64,000 nucleotides of DNA from Leucoraja ocellata (lineage: Eukaryota): positions 496,001 to 560,000 of the forward strand of contig JAWMAR010000279.1 of the NCBI GenBank assembly GCA_036785375.1. The letters are read 5' to 3'. Position numbers and translations under genes: made by a program. This document shows, piece by piece, positions 48,645-60,883 of the stretch; within the stretch, counting starts at the first letter, position 1; every line of letters starts with the position of its first letter. Under the pieces are notes generated by a model. It ran no database searches. It was not told where the DNA came from and worked only from the letters and a program-made list of their open reading frames with translations.

Positions 48645-49940
48645 GTTAAGTAAGTAAGTTTATTGGCCAAGTATTCACATACAAGGAATTTGCCTTGGTG
48701 CTTCACCCACAAGTAACAACATGAAATACAGTGGCAGTTATGAATGACTCAGAAAACACCAAACATTAATAATAATAAAACATTAATGATAAAACACCAT
48801 TGATCAAGCATGTGAACCAACAAAATACCAGATCAAAGGGAGGCTGCAGATTTTTGGCTGTCGAGTAGAGCAACTACTCGTGGATAAAAACTGTTTTCAT
48901 GTCTGGCTGTGGCAGCTTTGACAGTCCGGAGTCGCCTTCCAGAGGGAAGTGATTCAAAGAGTTTGTGGCCAGGGTGAGAGGGGTCAGAGCCCACTCACTT
49001 CCTGGCCCTTGCAGTGTACAGTTCATCAATGGAGGGAAGGTTGCAGCCAATAATCTTCTCTGCTGATCAAACGATTTGCTGCAGCCTCCAGGTGTCGTGT
49101 TTGGTGGCTGAGCCAAACTAGACCATGATGGAGAAGGTGAGAACAGACTCTACGATGGCCATGTAGAATTAGACCATCATTGCCTGTGGCAGATTGTACT
49201 TCCTCAGCTGCCGCAGGAAGTACATCCTCTGTTGTGCCTTTTTGACTGTGGAGTCGATGGTAGCCCCCCACTTAAGGTCCTTGGAGATGATGGTTCCCAG
49301 GAACTTAAAAGACTCCACAGATGTGACTGTGGTGTTGTTGATGGTGAGTGGGGTGAGGGGAGGGGGAGCTCTCCTAAAGTCTACAATCAATTCCACTGTC
49401 TTAAGAGCATTGAGCTCTAGGTTGTTGCTACGGCACCAGGACGCCAGCTCTGACACTTCCTGTATGTAGGCAGATTCCTCCCCATCCTGGATCAGTCCAA
49501 TCAGGGTTGTGTCGTCCGCAAACTTGAGAAGCTTGACAGAGGTGGCTGTGGAGGTGCAGTCGTTGGTGTAGAGAGCGTAGAGGAGAGGAGACTGTATGCA
49601 GCCTTGCGGTGCTCCTATGCTGAGTGTTTGCAGGTCAGAGATCCCAGCCTCACATGCTGCTTCCTGTCTGTCAGGAAGTTGATGATCCACTGACAAAGGG
49701 GTTCAGGCACAGTCAACTTGGAAAGTTTGGAGTGTAGTAGCTGTGGCACAATGGTGTTGAATGCAGGGCTAAAATCAACAAACAGGATCCTCGCATAGGT
49801 CCTCTGGCGGTCTAGGTGCTGAAGGATGAAGTGCAGGCCCAGGTTGACTGCATCATCTACAGATCTATTGGCCCGATATGCAAACTGCAGAGGGTCCAGC
49901 AGGGAGCTTGTGATATTTTTCAGCTTGGCCAGCACAAGCA
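48645..49940 (-). mobile_element. Rex1/Babar LINE, second subfamily, frameshifted
   Basis: [30 protein letters not shown] and an (ACTT)n tail with AATAAA at about 48647-48664. Confidence 0.9.
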
Positions 49941-49944
49941 GGCT

Positions 49945-50690
49945 AGGAGTTCTTGGAATGTAGGAGGATGAGGGGTTGGACAGGCTAGATGCAGGAAGAT
50001 TGTTCCCGATGTTGGGGAAGTCCAGGACAAGTGGTCACAGCTTAAGGATAAGGGGGAAATCCTTTAAGACCGAGATGAGAAGAACATTTTTCACACAGAG
50101 AGTGGTGAATCTCTGGAATTCTCTGCCACAGAAGATAGTTGAGGCCAGTTCATTGGCTATATTTAAGAGGGAGTTGGATGTGGCCCTTGTGGCTAGGGGG
50201 ATCAGGGGTTACGGAGAGAAGGCAGGTACGGGATACTGAGTTGGATGATTAGCCATGATCATATTGAATGGCGGTGCAGGCTCGAAGGGCCGAATGGCCT
50301 ACTCCTGCACCTATTTTCTATGTTTCTATGTTTCTATGAGTGGTAATCTTGAAGAGGTGAATAAGATAATGAGAGGAATAGATGGGGTAAATGCACTGAG
50401 TCCTTTACCCAGTGTGGGTGCATCAAGAATCAGAGGACAAAGGTTTAAGGGGAGGGGAAAAAGATTTAATAGGAACCGGAAGGACAACTTTTTTACACAA
50501 AGCGGTTAGGTACATGTAACAAACTGCCAGAGGAAGTAGTTGAAGTAGGTACTATCATAAAGTTGGGCAGGTACCTGGATAGGATAGGTTAAGAGGAATA
50601 TGGGCCAAATGCAAGCAAGTGGGATTAGTATGGATGGGGCATGGGAAAGTTGGCCGAAGGGCCTGTTTACACACACTGTATGATTCTATA
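49945..50690 (+). mobile_element. Nested CR1 3' ends (young copy about 49970-50338 inside an older copy)
   Basis: DRLDAGRLFPMLGKSRT...GTGY* with a (TTTCTATG)n tail; the older copy resumes GNLEEVNKIMRGIDGVN. Confidence 0.85.
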
Positions 50691-51384
50691 ATGTTTTGTT
50701 TTTTTGACCCTGCATCAGGATTGAGAGGATACACGTGCATTGAAATGAGAGGGACGAGTGAGACAGGAGTTGGTTGATTATGGAAACATAAAAGAAGATA
50801 AAATTGTTAGTTTGAGCCAGATGGGAGAGGGATGGAAAGGGTAAACCAATGGGGAGAAACTTTGGATGGACTGGTGGGAGTAGGAACAAAACACGGGGAG
50901 TGGGTTATCTGAAATTGGAAAATGCTAATAATCTTATTGTTTTATTATTATCAGAGTGTACTCTATGGGTTTCCTATCAGCAAGGAATTTCATAGTTTCC
51001 TGGTGTATAGACAATAACAATAAACAAAATTGAAATGATACAGTTAGTCACTTGTCAAAGTGCCATCACAATATGTTACAACATAACCTTGCACCTATGT
51101 TTTTCTCCATGTTGTCACATTATCCAATTCCATTCTTATATTATCTGTATGCACCCTTCAGATTTCCACTTTGTTAAGCAGCTATTATTTCCCCATTCAA
51201 ATGAATTTATAAATATTGATTATGAAGAAAGTTTAATATTATGATCCATTCATATAATTTTCCAAAGTTATTTCAAGACAAGCTCAGTATTATTATGAGA
51301 AACTTTGTTTGTAATAGTACTTCAAGACCAGATAGCCTGACTTTGGTGGTGGGAAAGATGCTGGTCAATTATTAAACAAATAAT

Positions 51385-51980
51385 AATGGAGCATTTGGAT
51401 AGCAGTAAAAGGATTAGTCCAAGTCAACATGGATTTATGAAAGGGAAATCATGCTTGACTAATCTTCTGGATTTTTGTGATGATGTGACAAATAAAATGG
51501 ATGAAGGGGAGTCAGTGGATGTACTGTATCTAGACTTTCAAAAAGCCTTTGATTAGGTCCCACACGGGAGACTGGTGACTAAAATTAGAGCACAAGGTAT
51601 TGGCGGTAGGGTGTTGACATGGATAGAAAATTGGTTGGCAGACTGGAAGCAAAGAGTAGGAGTGAACGGGTCCTTTTCAGAATGGCAGGCAGTGGCGAGT
51701 GGAGTGCCGCAAGGAGGGAATTAGGAGTAACACTAGCAAGTTTGTGGATGACACAAAGCTGGGTGGCAGTGTGAACTGTGAAGTGGCCAAATCACTGCAG
51801 GGATTTAAGAGAGAGTTAGATAGAGCTCTAGAGGCTAGTGGAGTAAAGGGATATGGGGAGAAGGCAGGCACGGGTTATTGATAGGGAACGATCAGCCATG
51901 TTCACAATGAATGGCAGTGCTGGCTCGAAGGGCCGAATGGCCTCCTCCTGCACCTATTTTCTATGTTTCTATGTTTCTAA
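51385..51980 (+). mobile_element. CR1 RT fragment with internal deletions plus 3' tail
   Basis: SQHGFMKGKSCLTNLL, VDVLYLDFQKAFD and SKFVDDTKLGG joined to FKRELDRAL; (TTTCTATG)n tail. Confidence 0.88.
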
Positions 51981-52844
51981 CATGGATGAATCCATTATTT
52001 TAAAATCATTATTCTTCCGCAGAAATTGTGAAATGCTATTTAACATGTTTATTTTGGATTTAGATGTTCATACAAAATCATACTTTACAACTTAATTTGT
52101 TAAATATGCAACTTACATTTTTTTCAAAATAAATCACATTTATTAGCTTTTCAAATTAGCACAAGAATCCCTGAACCTTTTCACGCATAAGAAAGCTTCT
52201 TGGAAAGGTGTTCTAAATAATACAACAGTTGAAATAAATTATTTAACGTTTAATTATTTAAACATTCTCTAGAATTTTATGTAGTTAAATATCTGCGAGT
52301 GACTTTTAATATATTGGAGAAGAATTTATCAATATTCATAAGAAATCTCTTTACGGAAATTGACAAAACCTCTCATTTTGTGTAAATTCCATCGGGAAAA
52401 CAACATCACAAAATGCAACAACATACAATGTATCATATCAGATAAGTATAACTTTGATACATATATTTAGCATGTAATCTAATCGAAGCTCCCGGGAACA
52501 TCTGTAGTCCCTCGTCAGAACGTTGATCTGGCTCCCTGCAGAGATCCTTAATACAGCCAATGAAGGTAAGACCAATTATGTATGTTTTTGCTGCCAGGAG
52601 CCGTTGGTGAGGGAGGAGCGACGTCCGTGCGGTGAGTGCAAAACCCAGCGCGGGGCTTGTTTCAACAGAGGCCCAGGAGCCGTTGGTGAGGGAGGAGCCA
52701 AAATCTGCAACGTTCCATTCGCAGATCACACTTCAAATTAAGTGGGCTTCAGGAAGCCGCTGATTGGTCGAACGGTCTAGAGGAAGCAGCTGATTGGCTT
52801 GTATCCCGGGTAAGGCTTTGTATTGTATTCGGATAAGGGGGAGA

Positions 52845-53782
52845 ATGAGGGCCAGGGCAGTTTTCTGTTCTGGATGTCAGATGTGGGAGGTCATGGAGTC
52901 TGAGTGCCCTCCAGACGTCCACATCTGCGCCAGGTGCGTCGAGATGAGGCTCCTAAGGGACCATGTTAGGAACCTGGAGCAGCAGCTCGATGACCTCTGT
53001 CTGGTCAGGGAGAGCGAGGAGCTCATATAGAGGGTAGTTATAGGGAGGTGGTCACTCCAAGACCACGGGAGGCAGACAACTGGGTCACAGTTAGGAAGGG
53101 CAATGGGCAGTGGCAGGGTCTGGTGAGTACCCCGGTGGCTGGACACCTTGAAAATAAGTACTTGTGTTTGAGTACTGTTGGGGGAGACGGCCTACCTGGG
53201 GGCAGCGACAGCGGCTGGGCCTCCGGCACAAAGACCGGTCCTGTTACTCAGAAGGGTAAGGAAAAGAAGAGGAGGGCAATAGTAATAGGGGACTCTATAG
53301 TCAGGGGGTCGGATAAGCGATTCTGTGGGCGCAGACAGGAGTCCCGGATGGTAGTTTGCCACCCTGGTGCCAGGGTCAGGGATGTGTCTGAACATGTCCA
53401 AGATATCCTGAAATGGGAGGGAGAGGAGCTTGAGGTTGTGGTACATATAGGTACCAACGACATAGGTAGAAAAAGAGAACAGGTCCTGAAAGGAGAATTT
53501 AGGTAGTTAGGGAGAGAGTTAAGGAGAAGGACCGCAAAGGTAACAATCTCAGGATTACTGCCTGTGCCACGTGACAGTGAGAGTAGGAATGGAGTGAGGT
53601 GGATGATAAATGCGTGGATGAGGGACTGGTGCAGTGGGTATGGATTCAAGTTTCTGGATCATTGGGACATCTTTTGGGGAAGGTGCGACCTGTACAGAAA
53701 GGACGGGTTGCACTTGAACTCAAGGGGGACCAATATACTGGCGGGGAGATTTGCAAAGGCTACTGGGGAGACTTTAAACTAG
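52845..53782 (+). pseudogene. CR1 ORF1: Zn-finger/coiled coil plus SGNH/GDSL esterase, disrupted
   Basis: CSGC...CARC, VIGDSIVRG, VHIGTNDI and DGLHLN; one frameshift near 53030 and an in-frame TAG at 53504-53506. Confidence 0.9.
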
Positions 53783-53929
53783 AATGGTTGGGGGGGGGGG
53801 GACGGGGACTCAAATAGGGAAAGCTAGCAGTCAGTGTGTGAGGCAGGAGGCAGAGAAGGGTAGCACTCTGACTCAAAATGTAGGGGAGAGAGAAGAAAAA
53901 GACATTAAACAGAGTATAAGAGGAGGTGG

Positions 53930-56732
53930 GTTTCTTAAATGTGTATATTTTAATGCTAGGAGCATTGTAAGAAAAGTGGATGAACTTAGAGCCTGGATTG
54001 ACACCTGGAAGTATGATGTTGTGGCGATCAGTGAAACATGGTTGCAGGAGGGCTGTGATTGGAAACTAAATATTCCAGGATTTCGTTGCTTCAGGAGTGA
54101 TAGAATTGGAGGGGCCAGAGGTGTAGCATTGCTTGTCAGGGAAGATATTACAGCAGTGCTTTGGCAGGATAGATTAGAGGGCTCGTCTAGGGAGGCTATT
54201 TGGGTGGAACTGAGAAATGGGAAAGGGGTAGCAACACTTATAGGGGTGTATTATAGACCACAAAATGGGAGCGAGAATTGGAAGAGCAAATATGTAAGGA
54301 GATCGCAGATATTTGTAGTAAGCACAAGGTAGTGATTGTGGGAGATTTCAATTTTCCACACATAGACTGGGAAACACATTCTGTAAATGGGCTGGATGGT
54401 TTGGAGTTTGTAAAATGTGTGCAGGATAGTTTTTTGCAGCAATACATAGAGGTGCCCACTAGAGAAGGGGCGGTGCTGGACCTCCTGTTAGGAAATGAGA
54501 GAGGTCAGGTGGCAGAGGTATGCGGTGGCAGAGTTCGGGTCCAGTGATCACAATACCATTAGTTTCAATATAATTATGGAGAGGGTCAGAACTGGACCTA
54601 GGGTTGAGATTTTTGATTGGAGAAAGGCTAACTTTGAGGAGATGCGAAAGGATTTAAAAGGAGTGAATTGGGACATTTTGTTTTATGGGAAAGATGTGGA
54701 AGAGAAATGGAGGACATTTAAAGGTGAAATTTTAAGAGTCCAGAATCTTTATGTCCCTGTTCGGTTGAAAGGAAATAGAAAAAATTGGAAAGAGCCATGT
54801 TTTCCAAGGGAAATTGGACACTTGAGTCGGAAAAAGAGAGAGATCTACAATAATTATAGGCAGCATGGAGTAGATGAGGTGCTTGAGGAGTATAAAGAAT
54901 GTAAAAAGAATCTTAAGAAATAAATTAGAAAAGCTAAAAGAAGATACGAGATTGCTTTGGCAAGTAAGGTGAAAGTAAATCCAAAGGGTTTCTACAGCTA
55001 TATTAATAGCAAAAGGATAACGAGGGATAAAATTGGTCCATTAGAGAGTCAGAGTGGACAGCTATCTGCAGAGCCAAAAGAGATGGGAGAGATATTGAAC
55101 AATTTATTTTCTTCGGTATTCACCAAGGAGAAGGATATTGAATCATGAGAGGTAAGGGAAACAAGTAGATTAGCTATGGAAACTATGATATTCAAAGAAG
55201 AGGAAGTACTGACAATTTTGAAAAATATAAAAGTGGATAAGTCTCCAGGTCCGGACAGGATATTCCCAAGGACATTGAGGGAAATTAGTGTAAAAATAGC
55301 AGGGGCTATGACAGAAATATTTCAAATGTCATTAGAAACGGGAATAGTGCCGGAGGATTGGCGTATTGCGCATGTTGTTCCATTGTTTAAAAAGGGTTCT
55401 AAGAGTAAACCCAGCAATTATAGACCTGTTAGTTTGACGTCAGTGGTGGGCAAATTAATGGAAAGGATACTTAGAGATAATATATATAAGCATCTGGATA
55501 AACAGGGTCTGATTAGGAACAGTCAACATGGATTTGTGCCTGGAAGGTCATGTTTGACTAATCTTCTTGAATTTTTTGAAGAGGTTACTCGGGAAATTGA
55601 TGAGGGTAAAGCAGTGGATGTTGTATATATGGACTTCAGTAAGGCCCTTGACAAGGTTCCTCATGGAAGGTTGGTTAAGAAGGTTCAATTGTTGGGTATT
55701 AATGGTGGAGTAGCAAGATGGATTCAACAGTGGCTGAATGGGAGATGCCAGAGAGAAATGGTGGATGGTTGTTTGTCAGGTTGGAGGCCAGTGACTAGTG
55801 GGGTGCCTCAGGAATCTGTGTTGGGTCCACTGTTGTTTGTCATGTACATCAATGATCCGGATGATGTTGTGGTAAATTGGATTAGTAAATATGCAGATGA
55901 TACTAAGATAGGTGGTGTTGTGCATAATGAAGTAGATTTTCAAAGTCTACAGAGAGATTTATGCCAGTTGGAAGAGTGGGCTGAAAGATGGCAGATGGAG
56001 TTTAATGCTGATAAGTGTGAGGTGCTACATCTTGGCAGGCCAAATCAAAATAGGACGTACATGGTAAATGGTAGCGAATTGAGGAATGCAGTTGAACAGA
56101 GGGATCTAGGAATAACTGTGCACAGTTCCCTGAAGGTGGAATCTCATGTAGATAGGGTGGTAAAGAAAGCTTTTGGTGTGCTGGCTTTTATAAATCAGAG
56201 CATTGAGTATAGAAGTTGGGATGTAATGTTAAAATTGTACAAGGCATTGGTGAGGCCAATTCTGGAGTATGGTGTACAATTTTGGTCGCCTAATTATAGG
56301 AAGGATGTCAACAAAATAGAGAGAGTACAGAGGAGATTTACTAGAATGTTGCCTGGGTTTCAGCAACTAAGTTACATAGAAAGGTTGAACAAGTTAGGTC
56401 TTTATTCTTTGGCGTGCAGAAGGTTAAGGGGGGACTTGATAGAGATCTTTAAAATGATGAGAGGGATAGACAGAGTTGACGTGGATAAGCTTTTCCCACT
56501 GAGAGTAGGGAAGATTCAAACAAGAGGACATGACTTCAGAATTAAGGGACAGAAATTTAGGGGTAACATGAGGGGGAACTTCTTTACTCAGAGAGTGGTA
56601 GCTGTGTGGAATGAGCTTCCAGTGGAGGTGGTGGAGGCAGGTTCGATTTTATCATTTAAAAATAAATTAGATAGTTATATGGACGAGAAAGGAATGGAGG
56701 GTTATGGTCTGAGTGCAGGTAGAAGGGACTAG
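53930..56732 (+). pseudogene. CR1 ORF2: APE endonuclease plus RT, disrupted upstream of an open 518-aa RT part
   Basis: YFNARSI, AISETWL, IVGDFNFP, SDHN, NYRPVSLTS, VPQESVLGP and KYADDTK; frameshifts at about 54270 and 54520, stops at 54921 and 55146. Confidence 0.93.
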
Positions 56733-56939
56733 GTGAGAATAAGTGTTCGGCATGGACTAGAAGGGCCGAGATGGCCTGTTTCCGTGCTCTAATTGTTATA
56801 TTGTTATATGGTTATATGGGGAGAGGGCAGGCACGGTTATTGATTGGGGACGATCAGCCATGATCACAATGAACGGCGGTGCTGGCTCGAAGGGCCGAAT
56901 GGCCTACTCCTGCACCTATTTTCTATATTAGAGCACAAA

Positions 56940-57312
56940 CTGGTGGACATCCGATGGCGCTGTCATGGCTGCCTCCGCAATCTGTCCAGTATCTTTTTTG
57001 TTTTTTGTTATGTTTGAAGTGCGTTTTGGGGTTTTTTTGTTTGTCTTTTATGTGGGGCGAAGAGGGTACAGTAAGGGGGATGCCGTCCCTCAGTCGCTTC
57101 GATTATTGTTCGAGTAGCGTCCTCGCCGCGCCCCCCCTGTGGTCTACCTACTGGATTGGCGCGGCCTTTCCTGCCGGGACCGATCAGAGCTCCAGCAGCG
57201 GCGGCGCAGCACTGGATACATCGCGGGGCGTGCGATGCCTTACCGGGGATCGCCGTTTGGAGCTTCGGAGCGCTGGGCCTGCTGCACCGACATCGCGGAG
57301 CTCCCAACGCTG
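56940..57312 (+). mobile_element. 5' part of a GC-rich non-autonomous retroposon
   Basis: T-rich block, G-run and GC-rich body related to 27338-28112 and 33182-34180. Confidence 0.55.
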
Positions 57313-58283
57313 AGAGGGGTGTGAGCGGGAGAGGTGGGGAGCAGGGAGGGGGAGGTAGGGGGGAGGGTGGAGGGAAGAGGGTTGGGGGTGTGGAGGGGAG
57401 GGGAGGGGGTTTAGGGGAGGGAGGGAGGGTGGGGGAGGGGATGGAGGGGAGGAGGGGAGAGAGAGAGATGGGGGGAGAGGGGGGAGGGGGAGGAGAGAGG
57501 GGAAGGGGAGGGGGAGGAGAGAGGGGNNNNNNNNNNNNNNNNNNNNNNNNNNNNNNNNNNNNNNNNNNNNNNNNNNNNNNNNNNNNNNNNNNNNNNNNNN
57601 NNNNNNNNNNNNNNNNNNNNNNNNNNNNNNNNNNNNNNNNNNNNNNNNNNNNNNNNGGAGGGGGAGAGGTGTCGCGCAGGGAGGGGGAGGGAGGGTGGAG
57701 GGAAGGGGTAGGGGTGTGTGGAGGGGAGGGGGGTTTAGGGGAGGAAAGGTGGGGGACGGGATGTAGGGGAGAAAAAGAGGGGAGAGAGGAAAGGGGGGGA
57801 GAGGAGAGGGGGAGGAGAGGAGAGGGGGGGAGAGGAGAGGGGGGGGAGAGGAGAGGGGGGGATACGAGAGGGGGAAAGAGGAGAGGGGGGGGAGAGGAAA
57901 GCGGTGGGAGAACCTAAAAACATTTTAGAACCTTAAAATACACATTCTGCAAGCATTGTAGAACCAAAAGAGACACATTTTGCAAACATTTTAGAACCAA
58001 TAGACACTTTTTGCAAACATTTAAGAACCAATAGACACATTCTGCAAGCGTTTTAGAACCACTAAGGACACTTACATTTGAGGAGACATGTGTTCAATGT
58101 TATTCACAGCTCAGAGAAACGTGACCCTCTGCCTTCCTCCATCTTGAAGAGACTGTGAGGCACACCACTTCCTGGTTTTATAGTCCCTCCCCCCTGCCGC
58201 CAGCAGGGGCAGCAAAGAGAATGGGGAATTTTGTAAAAACATTAATATCTCTGTCATTTTTCATTGACTTTTAGTAATATGGA
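57313..58283 (-). mobile_element. Probable non-autonomous Helitron, 5' part (3' hairpin not seen)
   Basis: The minus strand starts A|TCCATATTACTAAAAGTC, resembling A|TCTATACATAACTAAAACTG of 23992-25311; contains five 30-33 bp tandem units (about 57918-58075) and a purine tract spanning a gap. Confidence 0.5.
57527..57656. other. Assembly gap
   Basis: Run of N inside a G/A-rich tract. Confidence 1.
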
Positions 58284-58284
58284 T

Positions 58285-58440
58285 AATAAATTGGATAGTT
58301 ATATGGACGAGAAAGGAATGGAGGGTTATGGTCTGAGTGCAGGTAGATGGGACTAGGGGAGAATACGTGTTCAGCATGGACTAGAAAGGCCGAGATGGCC
58401 TGTTTCCGTGCTGTAATTGTTATATCGTTATATGGCTATA
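58285..58440 (+). mobile_element. CR1 extreme 3' end
   Basis: Near-identical to 56661-56815. Confidence 0.9.
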
Positions 58441-58726
58441 AGAGAGTAGTTGGCGATTGGGCATGGCAAACTAAAAGGGTTTTTCGGAAATGTGTATTTT
58501 GCTACTAGGAAAGTAGTTGGTAAGAGGTTTTGCTACCCGGAGAGTAGCCGGTAAGTTATTTTGCTATTAGGAAAGTAGTCGGTGATTGGCTCCGGAAACT
58601 AAAAAAGTTTGTCATTCACATAGTAGCCGGGCTGAGAGAGACACTATGGGGAATAACCTGGATAAAAGTGATGGGGGGGACGCCCGTATAACATATATGT
58701 CCTAAAAGTAACAAAGATTATAGAAT

Positions 58727-60490
58727 GTTTAAGAAGGAACTGCAGATGCTGGAAAATCGAAGGAAGACAAAGGTGCTGGAGAAACTCAGCGGGTGCAGCA
58801 GCATCTATGGAGCGAAGGAAATAGGCAACTTTTTGGGCCGAAACCCTTCTTCAGACTGATGTAGGGTGGGGGGGAGGGGGGGGGGGGAGAAGAAAGGAAA
58901 AAGGAAGAGGAAGAGCCCAAGGGCTGAGGGAGAGCTGCGAAGGGGAGAAGACAGAAAAGGTTACCGGAAATTGGTGAATTCAATGTTTATGCCACTAAGG
59001 TGCAGACTGCCCAAGTGGAATATGAGGTGTTGCTCCTCCAATTTCCGGTTTTCCTCACTCTGGCCATGGAGGAGGCCCAGGACAGAAAGGTCGGATTCGG
59101 AATGAGAGGGGGAGTCGAAGTGCTGAGCTACCGGGAGATCTGTTTGGTTAATGCGGACCGAGCAGAGGTGTTCGGCGAAACGATCGCTAAGCCTACGCTT
59201 GGTCTCACCGATGCACATCAGCAGACATCTAGAGCAGCGGATTCAATAGATGAGGTTGGAGGGGATGCAGGTGAACCTCTGTCGCACCTGGAACGACTGC
59301 TTGGATCCTTGAATGTAGTTGAGGGGGGAGGTAAAGTGACAGGTGTAACACCTCTTGCGGTTGCAAGGGAAAGTGCCCGGGGAAGGGGTGGTGCAGGAGG
59401 GAAGGGAAGAATTGACCAGGGAGTTACGGAGGGAGCGGTCTTTGCGGAAAGCAGACGGGGGGGGGGGGGGGGGGGGGGAGATGGGAAGATGTGGCGAGTG
59501 GTGGGGTCACGTTAGAGGTGGCGAAAATGACGGTGGACTATTTGTTGTATGTGACGGGTAGTGGGGTGAAAGGTGAGGACTAGGGGGACTCTGGTCGAGA
59601 AAGAAACGGAGGGCTTTGAGACCATCATGGTGGGGGATGGAGGTGTAGAGTGACTGGAAATCCATGGTGAAGATGAGGGGATGGGGGCCTAGAGAATGGA
59701 ATGCCTGGAGATTACGGAGCATGTCTGAAGTGTCTTGAACATAGGTCGGGAGGGATTTAACCAGGGGAGGATAGGATGGAGTCAAGGTATGCGGAAATAC
59801 GTTTGGTAGGGCACGAACAGGCAGAAAGATTGGGTCTACCAGGACAGTCAGGTTTGTGGATTTTGGGGAGAAGGTAAAATCGGGCCGTATGGGGCTGGGG
59901 AATGATGAGGTCGTAGGCTCGGGGGTGGGGGGGGGGGTGGGCAGGGAGCCGGAGTGGATGGTGCTAGAGATGGTGGCCTGGTGCACAACTGTGGGGTTAT
60001 GGTCCAGGGATAAGTAGGAGGAGGTGTCCGAGGGTTGGCGCGTGGCCTCAGCTTTGTAGAGATCAACGCGCCAGACAAGCACGGCACCTCCCTTGTCGGC
60101 AGGTTTGATAACCCAATCTGGGTTGTTGTGGAGTGAGTCGATAGCTGTACATTCGGGGGGGGGGGTGATAGATTGGAGTGAGACAGGGGAGTGGAGAGGT
60201 TGAGGCAGTTGATGTCGTGACGGCAGTTTTGGGTAAAAAGGGTTTAAAGCCGGAAGGCCATGAGGGGGTTCACGAAGATGGGTTCGTTGGAGACAGGAAA
60301 AAGGATCACCAGTAGCAGGCGAGGACTCCTTCCCAGGGAAGAAAACGCTGTGAGGCAGAGGCAACTGTAGAAGAGCTCCAAGTCGTGGTGGGCGCGGAAC
60401 TCATTGAGGTGGGTACGGAGGGGGACAAAGGTAAGACATCTGCCAAGGACCGACCATTCGGTGTCGGAGAGGGGGAGGTCAGGGGGGATG
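58727..60490 (-). mobile_element. Penelope-like element (RT fragment, GIY-YIG, terminal repeat) with internal deletion
   Basis: VIKPADKGGAV, LPTYVQDTSD, IFTMDFQSLYTSIPH and CIGETKRRLSDRFAEH; TSD ATAGAAT (58720-58726, 60491-60497). Confidence 0.93.
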
Positions 60491-60797
60491 ATAGAATATT
60501 AAGTTATAAGCTAACCAAATGTTTGGGAGATGAATCCTGGCTAGTCAGAGGAACATAGAAACAGTTAAAAAGGCAGAAAAGTTAATTTTAGATAAATACA
60601 CAGGGAAGAAGTGGAAGAAACATATAAAGGAATGGAAAGATGATGCACAGAGAAAGTGGGATGAGTCCAGGAGTAAGTGTTCGACGGTCAATGCAAGTCG
60701 TAGATCATGGTATGTACAGAAGAGTGTATACCTAAGAATTGGGATGTGTTACAAGCAGAATGGAATTGGCATGATAAAACAACAGGGAAAGGCCAAA

Positions 60798-60883
60798 ATA
60801 GAAAAAGCCTAAGGTACACAAAAATGCTGGAGAAACTCAGTGGGTGCAGCAGCATCTATGGAGCGGATCTATAGAAAAAGCCT
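60798..60883 (-). mobile_element. 60-bp truncated Penelope terminal unit
   Basis: TSD ATAGAAAAAGCCT (60798-60810, 60871-60883) around ggtacacaaaaatgctggagaaactcag...ctatggagcg. Confidence 0.85.

Larger units (their letters stand above)
52590..56820 (+). mobile_element. Near full-length CR1 LINE
   Basis: 5' UTR with a direct repeat GGAGCCGTTGGTGAGGGAGGAGC, ORF1, ORF2 and a (GTTATATG/T)n tail. Confidence 0.95.

Noticed and set aside
58497-58589. CRISPR-like appearance of 31-bp palindromic repeats (also 57918-58075)
   Set aside because: The repeats are contiguous with no unique spacers, there are no cas genes, and the context is vertebrate.
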